Below the pieces are notes generated by a model, which was given only the letters and a program-made list of their open reading frames with translations, made no database searches and was not told the DNA's origin. Source: a virus (lineage: Duplodnaviria > Heunggongvirae > Uroviricota > Caudoviricetes). Taken from it: 46,540 bases of DNA. This document shows, one piece after another, positions 18,033 through 25,892 of the stretch. Numbering within the stretch: position 1 is the first letter of the stretch; the number at the start of each line of letters is the position of its first letter. The position numbers and the translations under genes are program-made. Location of the stretch: IMG/VR virus record IMGVR_UViG_2645727604_000006; one strand, written 5' to 3'.

Positions 18033-18847
18033 GTATGGAGCTGATGGTTAAAGCGATGAAAATTCGAGTGGGTAATCCATTGCGAAAACTGGTTCTGATC
18101 AAGCTGGCTGATAATGCCAGCGATCAGGGGGAGTGCTGGCCCAGCTACCAGCATATTGCTGACCAGTGCGAGATTAGCAAACGTTCTGTGATGAATCATA
18201 TTGCGGCCCTTTGTGAGTCCGGGCTGGTAAAAAAAGTCACCCGGAAAGGTGAAAAAGGTAACTCAAGTAATATCTATCTCCTTCATCTGGATGGTGCAGG
18301 AGATTCACTAGGGGGTAGTGCAAATAATTCACTATCTGGCGCAGCAAATTCACCAGGTAGTGCAGGAGTTGCACCAGGGGGTAGTGCAGGAGATTCACCC
18401 AGAACCAGTCACTCTTTTGAACCAGTCAAAGAACCAGTCAATGAACCAATAGCTGTTGGTGCATCAGTTGATGAGTCTGTGCGAGTTCGTTCAAACCGAC
18501 CGGAATACTCTCCGGAGTTTGAGCAGGCATGGCTGGCATATCCCAAACGTGCTGGTGGCAATTCAAAATCTGCAGCCTTCAAAGCCTGGAAAGCCCGTTT
18601 GAATGAGGGGGTAAACCCCGAAACCATGCTGGAAGGTGTGAAACGCTACGCGGGCTGGGTATCTGCGATGGGTAACAGCGGCACACAATTTGTGAAACAG
18701 GCTGTCACGTTCTTTGGTCCGGATCGTCATTTCGAAGAATCCTGGGAAGTTCCTGCGGTATCTGCAGCCAGACGTGAGGACCCGTACTTCAAAGCCAGTT
18801 ACGACAACGTGGACTACAGCCAGATCCCGGCAGGATTCAGGGGGTGA
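18029..18847 (+). CDS. putative replication initiator / winged-helix DNA-binding protein with an internal repeat-encoded linker
   Basis: The N-terminus (LRKLVLIKLADNASDQGECWPSYQHIADQCEISKRSVMNHIAALCESGLVKK) looks like a wHTH. A low-complexity linker is encoded by DNA repeats. The C-terminal domain contains AWLAYPKR. The architecture is analogous to lambda O with ori iterons inside the gene. Confidence 0.45.
   Translation: MSMELMVKAMKIRVGNPLRKLVLIKLADNASDQGECWPSYQHIADQCEISKRSVMNHIAALCESGLVKKVTRKGEKGNSSNIYLLHLDGAGDSLGGSANNSLSGAANSPGSAGVAPGGSAGDSPRTSHSFEPVKEPVNEPIAVGASVDESVRVRSNRPEYSPEFEQAWLAYPKRAGGNSKSAAFKAWKARLNEGVNPETMLEGVKRYAGWVSAMGNSGTQFVKQAVTFFGPDRHFEESWEVPAVSAARREDPYFKASYDNVDYSQIPAGFRG
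18293..18440 (+). repeat. iteron-like direct repeats inside the initiator gene; candidate origin
   Basis: GGTGCAGGAGATTCAC at 18293-18308 and 18383-18398. GTAGTGCA three times. ATTCAC four times. GAACCAGTCA at 18402, 18419 and 18431. Confidence 0.4.
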
Positions 18848-18849
18848 TC

Positions 18850-19338
18850 ATGAGTCTTTTGAATGAAGTTCAGAAATACATTGAAGCCCATCCGGGGTGT
18901 ACTTCCGGAGACATTGCGGATGCTTTTGCAGGTTACTCACGGCAGCGCGTTCTGCAGTATGCAAGCAAGTTACGTCAGAGTGGGCGTGTGGCTCACCGTT
19001 GTGAAGGAGATACACGCAGACATTTCCCGCGCCTGACTGAGAGAGCGCAGGAGCTGGAACCACAACCAGTTCGTGAAACCAGACCTGTGCGCAATTTCTA
19101 TGTCGGCACTAACGACCCGCGGGTGATTTTGTGCCTGACCCGCCAGGCGGAAGAACTGGAGTCAAGGGGCTTATACCGTCGTGCTGCAACCGTGTGGATG
19201 GCGGCATTCCGTGAAAGCCACTCCCAGCCAGAACGAAACAATTTTCTGGCACGTCGTGAGCGGTGCTTACGGAAAAGCAGCAAGCGCGCTGCATCGGGTG
19301 AAGAGTGGTATCTGTCAGGGAATTACGTGGGGGCTTAA
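18850..19338 (+). CDS. PerC-like (Pch-like) transcriptional regulator with an N-terminal wHTH-like region
   Basis: The C-terminal motif ELESRGLYRRAATVWMAAF...RRERCLRK resembles the PerC family signature (ELESKGLWRRAA.RWL) as recalled. AGGGGG precedes the ATG at 18850. Confidence 0.45.
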   Translation: MSLLNEVQKYIEAHPGCTSGDIADAFAGYSRQRVLQYASKLRQSGRVAHRCEGDTRRHFPRLTERAQELEPQPVRETRPVRNFYVGTNDPRVILCLTRQAEELESRGLYRRAATVWMAAFRESHSQPERNNFLARRERCLRKSSKRAASGEEWYLSGNYVGA

Positions 19339-19991
19339 TGAGTAATAAATATTGCCGGGCGCTGGTGGAACTGCGGAACAAACCAGCCCATGAACTGAAG
19401 GAAGTGGGCGATCAGTGGCGCACGCCGGATAACATTTTCTGGGGAATTAACACCCTGTTTGGCCCGTTTGTCCTGGATCTGTTTACTGACGGTGATAACG
19501 CCAAATGTACCGCGTATTACACGGCGGAAGACAACGCGCTGGCGCATGACTGGTCAGAACGTCTTGCGGAGCTTAAAGGTGCTGCCTTTGGTAATCCCCC
19601 ATACAGCCGCGCCAGTCAGCATGAGGGGCAATACATCACCGGCATGCGTTACATCATGAAACATGCCAGTGCCATGCGTGATAAAGGCGGGCGCTATGTT
19701 TTCCTGATCAAAGCTGCCACCTGCGAAGTGTGGTGGCCGGAAGATGCAGATCATATTGCTTTTATTCGCGGGCGTATTGGTTTTGAACTGCCTGCCTGGT
19801 TTATCCCGAAAGATGAGAAGCAGGTGCCGACAGGCGCTTTCTTCGCTGGTGCTATTGCTGTTTTCGACAAGACCTGGAAGGGACCGGCAATCAGCTACAT
19901 CGGGCGCGATGAACTTGAGGCATGTGGTGAGGCGTTTCTGGCGCAGGTTCGCCAGCAGGCAGAAAAACTGGTCAGGGAGATGGCGGCATGA
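19338..19991 (+). CDS. phage N6-adenine DNA methyltransferase (phage Dam-like)
   Basis: Catalytic motif FGNPPY; about 218 aa; nin-region position. The ATG at 19338 overlaps the upstream TAA. Confidence 0.75.
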   Translation: MSNKYCRALVELRNKPAHELKEVGDQWRTPDNIFWGINTLFGPFVLDLFTDGDNAKCTAYYTAEDNALAHDWSERLAELKGAAFGNPPYSRASQHEGQYITGMRYIMKHASAMRDKGGRYVFLIKAATCEVWWPEDADHIAFIRGRIGFELPAWFIPKDEKQVPTGAFFAGAIAVFDKTWKGPAISYIGRDELEACGEAFLAQVRQQAEKLVREMAA

Positions 19992-20314
19992 CGACGTTAA
20001 CTCAATGCCAGCAGCAGGTGCTGGATATGCTGATTTCTTATCAGAAAGAACGTGGCTTCCCGCCAACCAATCAGGAGGTGGCAACCATGCTGGGATACCG
20101 TTCAGTGAATGCAGCGGTGGAGCATCTTCGCGCACTGGAGAAAAAAGGCGTCATCACGATAAAGCGTGGCGTGGCCCGGGGGATCACGCTTCATACCGCG
20201 GTGAAGGACGACGACAGCGAGGCGGTCGGGATTATCCGCTCACTGCTTGCCGGTGAGGAAAACGCAAGGCTGCGTGCAACCCACTGGTTACATGAGAGAG
20301 GCTTGAAAGCATGA
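19988..20314 (+). CDS. LexA-like DNA-binding domain protein lacking the S24 peptidase domain
   Basis: 108 aa. The N-terminus LTQCQQQVLDMLISYQKERGFPPTNQEVATMLGYRSVNAAVEHLRALEKKGVI resembles the LexA N-terminal wHTH. No Ser/Lys peptidase domain follows. Confidence 0.55.
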   Translation: MTTLTQCQQQVLDMLISYQKERGFPPTNQEVATMLGYRSVNAAVEHLRALEKKGVITIKRGVARGITLHTAVKDDDSEAVGIIRSLLAGEENARLRATHWLHERGLKA

Positions 20315-20700
20315 AGCTGATCCTGCCTTTTCCGCCCAGCGTGAACACGTACTGGCGACACCCCAACAAAGGGGCGTTTGCTGGTAAGAGCCTGATAAGC
20401 TCGGCGGGGCGAAAATTCCAGAGCGCGGCGTGCGCAGCAATAGTTGAGCAGTTACGTCGTCTGCCGAAACCAACGTCGGCACCTGCTTCAGTGGAGATCG
20501 TGTTGTTTCCTCCGGATAACCGGATCCGCGATCTGGACAACTATAACAAGGCGCTGTTTGACGCCCTGACCCATGCGGGTGTGTGGGAAGACGACAGTCA
20601 GGTGAAAAGAATGCTGGTGGAGTGGGGACCGGTTATCCCGAAAGGGAAGGTCGAGATCACTATCAGTAAGTACGAGAAAACGGCGGGTGCAGCCGCCTGA
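20311..20700 (+). CDS. rusA: Holliday junction resolvase RusA
   Basis: 129 aa with LPFPPSVNTYW and DLDNYNKALFDALTHAGVWEDDSQV, the classic RusA signature. Confidence 0.9.
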   Translation: MKLILPFPPSVNTYWRHPNKGAFAGKSLISSAGRKFQSAACAAIVEQLRRLPKPTSAPASVEIVLFPPDNRIRDLDNYNKALFDALTHAGVWEDDSQVKRMLVEWGPVIPKGKVEITISKYEKTAGAAA

Positions 20701-20719
20701 TCAAGAGGAGAAACGAAGT

Positions 20720-21529
20720 ATGAATAATCTGATGGTCATTGATGGTATTGAAGTTCGTCGTGATGCTTATGGGCGTTACAGCCTGAACGATCTGCATCGC
20801 GCAGCAGTAGCATCTGGTGCAAATGCCAGAACCAAGGAGCCGGGAAAGTTTCTTTCCAGCCAACAAACTGTTGAGCTTGTTCATGAATTGACCAACACCC
20901 AGAATTTGGGTGTTGACCCGGTGAGTGTGATTCATGGGGGAAATGAACGGGGAACGTATGTCTGCAAGGAACTGGTGTATGCCTATGCAATGTGGATCAG
21001 CCCGTCATTCCATCTGAAGGTGATCCGTACTTTCGATATGGTAACCAGCGCACCGGAAAAATTATCCGGACAGGCTGCTGACAAGATGCAGGCTGGCGTG
21101 ATCCTGCTGGACTTTATGCGCCGGGAGTTAAACCTGTCTAACTCTTCAGTGCTTGGTGCCTGTCAGAAACTCCAGGAGGCTGTTGGCTTACCGAATCTGG
21201 CACCGCGCTATGCCATTGATGCTCCTGCTGATGCACACGATGGCTCAAGTCGCCCGACACTGTCACTGAGTGCACTGCTGAAACAGTATGGTATACGCCT
21301 GACGGCTAATCAGGCATATCACCAGATGGTGAAACTGGGGATCGTCGAGCAGCGCGAACGATACAGCCGTACCGCGATTAACAACATCAAAAAATTCTGG
21401 TCGCTGACAGCGAAAGGCTGCATGTTCGGCAAGAACATCACCAGTCCCGCAAATCCGCGCGAGACGCAGCCGCATTTCTTCGAATCCCGATTCCCTGAGC
21501 TGTTAAAGCTGCTCGATACCGTTCATTGA
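20720..21529 (+). CDS. KilA-N domain protein (antirepressor-like)
   Basis: The KilA-N core GTYVCKELVYAYAMWISPSFHLKVI is present. GAGGAG lies upstream of the ATG at 20720. Confidence 0.7.
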   Translation: MNNLMVIDGIEVRRDAYGRYSLNDLHRAAVASGANARTKEPGKFLSSQQTVELVHELTNTQNLGVDPVSVIHGGNERGTYVCKELVYAYAMWISPSFHLKVIRTFDMVTSAPEKLSGQAADKMQAGVILLDFMRRELNLSNSSVLGACQKLQEAVGLPNLAPRYAIDAPADAHDGSSRPTLSLSALLKQYGIRLTANQAYHQMVKLGIVEQRERYSRTAINNIKKFWSLTAKGCMFGKNITSPANPRETQPHFFESRFPELLKLLDTVH

Positions 21530-21530
21530 G

Positions 21531-22526
21531 GTGACCGTGAGAGCACTACTGACCCCTGAAATTGCCCCGCGTATGGGGATCGTATTGTTCAGGCCAGGTT
21601 CAGAGCTGATGCCCCTGTTTATGCAGGGGCGTGTCCTGCTGGAGCCTGAGCCGGAGCGTTATTCATCTTTCGCCAGTGGTGCCGTTCCGGCGGCATCACA
21701 ACCGCTGGCGGATGATCCTGCCGTTCGGGCCGTATTCCGCAATGAGGCAGTGATCCGTCGTGCTGGTGGCGTGGAATGTCTTGAAAGCTGGTTACTTCGT
21801 GAAAAAGGCTGCCAGTGGCCTCATTCCGACTGGCACAGCGAGAACATGACCACAATGCGACACGCTCCGGGTGCAATCCGTCTGTGCTGGCACTGCGATA
21901 ACCAGCTGCGCGATCAGTTCACGGAACGGCTGGAATCAATGGCAACGGATAACTGTGCCCGCTGGGTGTTGTCTGTTGTGCGTCGGGATCTCGGTTTTGA
22001 TGACAGTCACGTTGTGACAATGCCGGAACTGTGCTGGTGGCTGATTCGTAATGATCTGGCGGATGCCTTACCGGAAAGTGCAGCCCGTAAGGCACTGAGA
22101 TTACCGAAGCCTGTTGTGCCGTCTGTTACCCGGGAAAGTGACCTTGTGCCTTCGGTTCCTGCCACCAGCATCATCCAGGATAAGGCGAAAAAGGTGCTGG
22201 CGCTGAAAGTGGATCCGGAGTCGCCGGAGTCTTTTATGTTACGCCCAAAACGTCGCCGCTGGGTTAATGAAAAGTACACGCGCTGGGTTAAGACACAGCC
22301 GTGTGCATGTTGTGGAAAGCCCGCTGATGATCCCCACCACCTGATAGGTCACGGTCAGGGTGGAATGGGAACAAAAGCGCATGACCTTTTTGTGTTGCCT
22401 TTGTGCAGAAAGCATCACGACGAGCTGCATGCGGATACCGTGGCATTTGAAGAGAAGTATGGCTCCCAGCTGGAGCTGATATTTCGTTTTATCGATCGTG
22501 CGCTGGCAATTGGCGTGCTGGCCTGA
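21531..22526 (+). CDS. DUF968-like nin-region protein with a C-terminal HNH/zinc-finger-like motif
   Basis: [21 protein letters not shown]...[10 protein letters not shown], i.e. Cys/His clusters typical of DUF968/HNH-like proteins in lambdoid nin regions. GTG start. Confidence 0.55.
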   Translation: MTVRALLTPEIAPRMGIVLFRPGSELMPLFMQGRVLLEPEPERYSSFASGAVPAASQPLADDPAVRAVFRNEAVIRRAGGVECLESWLLREKGCQWPHSDWHSENMTTMRHAPGAIRLCWHCDNQLRDQFTERLESMATDNCARWVLSVVRRDLGFDDSHVVTMPELCWWLIRNDLADALPESAARKALRLPKPVVPSVTRESDLVPSVPATSIIQDKAKKVLALKVDPESPESFMLRPKRRRWVNEKYTRWVKTQPCACCGKPADDPHHLIGHGQGGMGTKAHDLFVLPLCRKHHDELHADTVAFEEKYGSQLELIFRFIDRALAIGVLA

Positions 22527-22543
22527 TTTTGTGGAGAAAGTTG

Positions 22544-22909
22544 ATGCGTGATATTCAAATGGTTCTTGAACGTTGGGGGGCATGGGTGGCAAATAATCAC
22601 GAGGATGTCACCTGGTCGTCTATTGCTGCAGGATTTAAAGGACTAATCCCTTCAAAAGTAAAATCCCGCCCGCAATGTTGTGACGATGACGCGATGATCA
22701 TTTGTGGATGCATGGCTCGCCTGAAAAAGAACAACAGCGATTTGCACGATTTATTAGTGGATTATTATGTAGGTGGTATGACTTTTATGGCGCTTGCCCG
22801 TAAACATGGGCGTTCTGATTGCTGGGTTGGGCGTTTATTGCAAAAGGCTGAAGGTGTAGTTGATGGCATGTTAATGATGTTAGAAATTGAGCTAGAGATG
22901 GATCGTTAG
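22544..22909 (+). CDS. late-gene antiterminator Q (phage 82/21-type Q family)
   Basis: [26 protein letters not shown]...[19 protein letters not shown]...CWVGRLL resembles the Q82-type family. GGAGAAAG precedes the ATG at 22544. Confidence 0.7.
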   Translation: MRDIQMVLERWGAWVANNHEDVTWSSIAAGFKGLIPSKVKSRPQCCDDDAMIICGCMARLKKNNSDLHDLLVDYYVGGMTFMALARKHGRSDCWVGRLLQKAEGVVDGMLMMLEIELEMDR

Positions 22910-22951
22910 AAGACCTCTTATTGAGGGGGTAATTGAATCAGTTTAATGTGT

Positions 22952-22991
22952 GGGGAGTCGATTTATTCTCCCCATTTTATTTAATTTATTT
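22952..22991 (+). terminator. hairpin plus T-rich tract downstream of Q; candidate intrinsic terminator on the + strand
   Basis: GGGGAG (22952-22957) pairs with CTCCCC (22968-22973) around a 10-nt loop, followed by ATTTTATTTAATTTATTT. Confidence 0.35.
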
Positions 22992-23436
22992 AAGGTTTTA
23001 ATTCATCAAGACGTTGTTGGATAGTGTTTTTGCTTGCGTTGTCTGTTATAGACATTTGTTGTACTTGCCCCATTGCCATTTGAGTTTCCATCCACATATC
23101 GGCCCACACTTTTGTATCGTTATTAACTTGAGCGATAGTAAATCTGACTTTTGATACCGGGGTTGTTGAATAGGCATTGCCGATTAACATTTGTCCAAAA
23201 ACAGCAGAGCCGCCTTCCAGTTCTTTACCACATATAACACTGCTGTTATCCGCGTTGTAAATTATCAACCCTCTACTATTGCAGTAATTCACAAGGGCAT
23301 CTTTGACTTTATCTTTTGTCGTATTTTGATAAACCCCCTCAGGTTTTCCTGATTGAGTTTTCTTTATCAATGGTACGGAAGAAGTACAACCTGAAATGAT
23401 AGTTGCGCTAAGTAATAGTACAGTCATTTTATTCAT
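22990..23436 (-). CDS. lipoprotein of unknown function (reverse-oriented cargo gene)
   Basis: The N-terminus MNKMTVLLLSATIISGCTSS is a signal peptide with an LSGC-type lipobox. AT-rich compared with flanking phage genes. Opposite strand to the late operon. Confidence 0.6.
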   Translation of the reverse strand: MNKMTVLLLSATIISGCTSSVPLIKKTQSGKPEGVYQNTTKDKVKDALVNYCNSRGLIIYNADNSSVICGKELEGGSAVFGQMLIGNAYSTTPVSKVRFTIAQVNNDTKVWADMWMETQMAMGQVQQMSITDNASKNTIQQRLDELKP

Positions 23437-23491
23437 GTTTCTTATCCATTGTTAAGGGCATACCCACACAATTATTTTTATTGGAGATGAA

Positions 23492-23586
23492 TAATCAACC
23501 GTTTACAATCGTAAAAAATCAAATATGCTGTTAAGAGTGGTTACTTCGCCACACAACTTAAACCCGCCGCTGAGCGGTTTTTTTGT
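23492..23586 (+). promoter_or_regulatory. candidate sigma70 promoter (TTTACA-N16-TATGCT) followed by a short hairpin and T-run; possible PR'/tR'-like unit
   Basis: -35 TTTACA at 23492-23497 and -10 TATGCT at 23514-23519. Hairpin CCGC-TGA-GCGG at 23567-23577 followed by TTTTTTT. The stem is weak (4-5 bp). Confidence 0.25.
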
Positions 23587-23682
23587 ACCTGTAAACCTGG
23601 TGCAGTACAGTAAACACGCTGGTGGTCGTGAATACTGACTTTTTATCTTGCTGGCTTTTTAGACAAGAGTTATTGGTATGTC

Positions 23683-23910
23683 ATGTTAACCAGAAGGGAA
23701 AAAGACATGCTAAAACAGCAAGATATGACAGAAACCGCCGCCGCAGTCCTTCATTTCTTACCTGCTGACAAGTGGGTAACGCCACGCATGATGACGAGAA
23801 CTACCGGAGTAAGCGAAGCCCGGTGCCAGTTAATACTGACTCAGTTAGTTCTGGCGGGTCTGGCGAAGGATAACGGCGGGTACGGGAATAAATTCAGACG
23901 CTGCCAGTAA
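23683..23910 (+). CDS. small putative winged-helix DNA-binding protein
   Basis: 75 aa (alternative ATG at 23707). AVLHFLPADKWVTPRMMTRTTGVSEARCQLILTQLVLAGLA is compatible with a small wHTH regulator of the PapI/FaeA type. Directly upstream of the methyltransferase gene. Confidence 0.35.
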   Translation: MLTRREKDMLKQQDMTETAAAVLHFLPADKWVTPRMMTRTTGVSEARCQLILTQLVLAGLAKDNGGYGNKFRRCQ

Positions 23911-24060
23911 TGGCGGTTTCCTGCTGTGAAAATGGGCGGCTGGTGGGTGTTGGTAGCACCTGCCAGCCATTCGCTCATGCTTACTGGTCACAAGCGAACC
24001 ACGGCCCACTGCTTTAGCGCAAAAGCAGAGTGAGCCTACCAGAGTTACGCTTACTGATCC

Positions 24061-25113
24061 ATGAAAAATACTGTAAAAATAAACAGTGTTGATTTAATCA
24101 ACGCTGATTGCCTGCATTTTATTCAGTCCCTGCCTGATGATTCCATTGACCTGATTGTTACCGATCCGCCGTACTTCAAGGTGAAACCCAACGGCTGGGA
24201 CAATCAGTGGAAAGGGGACGAAGATTACCTTAAGTGGCTGGACCACTGTCTGGCCCAGTTCTGGCGGGTGTTAAAACCTGCCGGAAGCCTTTACCTGTTC
24301 TGTGGGCATCGCCTGGCATCTGATATTGAGATCATGATGCGTGAACGTTTCAACGTGCTTAACCATATCATCTGGGCGAAGCCGTCCGGACGTTGGAATG
24401 GGTGTAATAAAGAAAGTCTGCGTGCATATTTTCCAGCCACAGAGCGCGTTCTGTTTGCTGAACATTACCAGGGGCCATATCGCGGCAAAAGTGACGGCTA
24501 TGCGGCAAAAGAAAGGGAACTCAAACAGCACATAATGGCACCGCTGATTTCGTATTTCAGGGATGCTCGTGCCGAACTGGGTATAACGGCAAAACAAATT
24601 GCCGAAGCCACAGGTAAGAAAAATATGGTTTCCCACTGGTTTGGTGCCAGTCAGTGGCAGTTGCCGAATGAGGCTGACTATCGGAAGTTACAGGCACTGT
24701 TTTCCCGTATAGCGGCAGAGAAGTTTCAGGAACAACAACTGGAACAACCACACCACCAGCTGGTGGCATCTTATGATTCACTGAATCGCAAATATTCTGA
24801 ATTGCTGGATGAGTTTAAATCTCTCCGGCGCTATTTCTCCGTATCAGTCTCCGTGCCTTATACCGATGTCTGGATGCATAAACCCGTTCAGTTCTACCCG
24901 GGTAAACATCCGTGTGAGAAACCTGCGGATATGCTCCGGCAAATAATCAATGCCAGTAGTCGACCTGGTGATCTGGTTGCTGATTTTTTTATGGGATCCG
25001 GTTCCACAATAAAAGCAGCAATGGCGCTGGGGCGTCGGGCCTTAGGTGTTGAGCTTGAGTCAGAGCGGTTTAACCAGACAGTGAAAGAGATAAACGAGCT
25101 GGTGGGGAAATAA
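24061..25113 (+). CDS. beta-class DNA N6-adenine (or N4-cytosine) methyltransferase, orphan
   Basis: Catalytic motif IV LIVTDPPYF near the N-terminus and SAM-binding motif I FFMGSGST near the C-terminus, the beta-class order. No adjacent endonuclease-like ORF. Confidence 0.8.
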   Translation: MKNTVKINSVDLINADCLHFIQSLPDDSIDLIVTDPPYFKVKPNGWDNQWKGDEDYLKWLDHCLAQFWRVLKPAGSLYLFCGHRLASDIEIMMRERFNVLNHIIWAKPSGRWNGCNKESLRAYFPATERVLFAEHYQGPYRGKSDGYAAKERELKQHIMAPLISYFRDARAELGITAKQIAEATGKKNMVSHWFGASQWQLPNEADYRKLQALFSRIAAEKFQEQQLEQPHHQLVASYDSLNRKYSELLDEFKSLRRYFSVSVSVPYTDVWMHKPVQFYPGKHPCEKPADMLRQIINASSRPGDLVADFFMGSGSTIKAAMALGRRALGVELESERFNQTVKEINELVGK

Positions 25114-25116
25114 TCT

Positions 25117-25144
25117 GGTGGCCACGTAGGTGGCCTTTTTATTT
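25117..25144 (+). terminator. intrinsic terminator after the methyltransferase gene
   Basis: GGCCAC-GTAG-GTGGCC perfect 6-bp stem (25120-25135) followed by TTTTTATTT. Confidence 0.5.
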
Positions 25145-25179
25145 CCATTACACAGCACCCGCATCTGCGAGGTGGGGTT

Positions 25180-25395
25180 ATGAAATCCATGGATAAGTTA
25201 ACAACGGGTGTCGCCTATGGCACCTCAGCAGGTAGTGCCGGGTACTGGTTTTTACAGTTGCTCGATAAAGTCACGCCCTCACAGTGGGCGGCAATAGGTG
25301 TGCTGGGTAGTCTGGTATTTGGCTTGCTGACGTATCTGACAAACCTTTATTTCAAGATTAAAGAAGATAAGCGTAAGGCTGCGAGAGGTGAATAA
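25180..25395 (+). CDS. S: class II holin, S21-type pinholin with dual start
   Basis: [71 protein letters not shown] is near-identical in pattern to phage 21 S. Met1 and Met4 give the antiholin/holin dual start. Confidence 0.85.
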
Positions 25396-25892
25396 TGTCG
25401 CCATCATTACGCAAGGCTGTTGCTGCTGCTATTGGTGGTGGGGCTGTTGCCATAGCGTCTGTGCTCATCACTGGTCCGAGTGGTGACGATGGCCTGGAAG
25501 GTGTCAGCTACATACCATACAAAGATATCGTTGGCGTATGGACTGTATGCCACGGACACACCGGAAAAGACATCATGCTAGGTAAAACGTATACCGAAGC
25601 AGAATGCAAAGCCCTCCTGAATAAAGACCTTGCCACGGTCGCCAGACAAATTAACCCGTACATCAAAGTCGATATACCGGAAACAACGCGCGGCGCTCTT
25701 TACTCGTTCGTCTACAACGTGGGTGCTGGCAATTTCAGAACATCGACGCTTCTTCGCAAAATAAACCAGGGCGATATCAAAGGCGCATGTGACCAGCTAC
25801 GTCGCTGGACATACGCTGGCGGTAAGCAATGGAAAGGCCTGATGACTCGTCGTGAGATTGAGCGTGAAGTCTGTTTGTGGGGGCAACAATGA
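25395..25892 (+). CDS. R: SAR endolysin (phage 21 R-like lysozyme with an N-terminal signal-anchor-release domain)
   Basis: N-terminal Gly/Ala-rich SAR domain [18 protein letters not shown], then a lysozyme domain with the catalytic region; very similar to R21 as recalled. Confidence 0.85.
   Translation: MSPSLRKAVAAAIGGGAVAIASVLITGPSGDDGLEGVSYIPYKDIVGVWTVCHGHTGKDIMLGKTYTEAECKALLNKDLATVARQINPYIKVDIPETTRGALYSFVYNVGAGNFRTSTLLRKINQGDIKGACDQLRRWTYAGGKQWKGLMTRREIEREVCLWGQQ

Noticed and set aside
23437-24060. tRNA genes in the Q-to-S interval, common in lambdoid phages
   Set aside because: No segment shows a cloverleaf-compatible acceptor stem with a T-loop GTTCRANYC motif on visual scan; not confirmed without tRNAscan.
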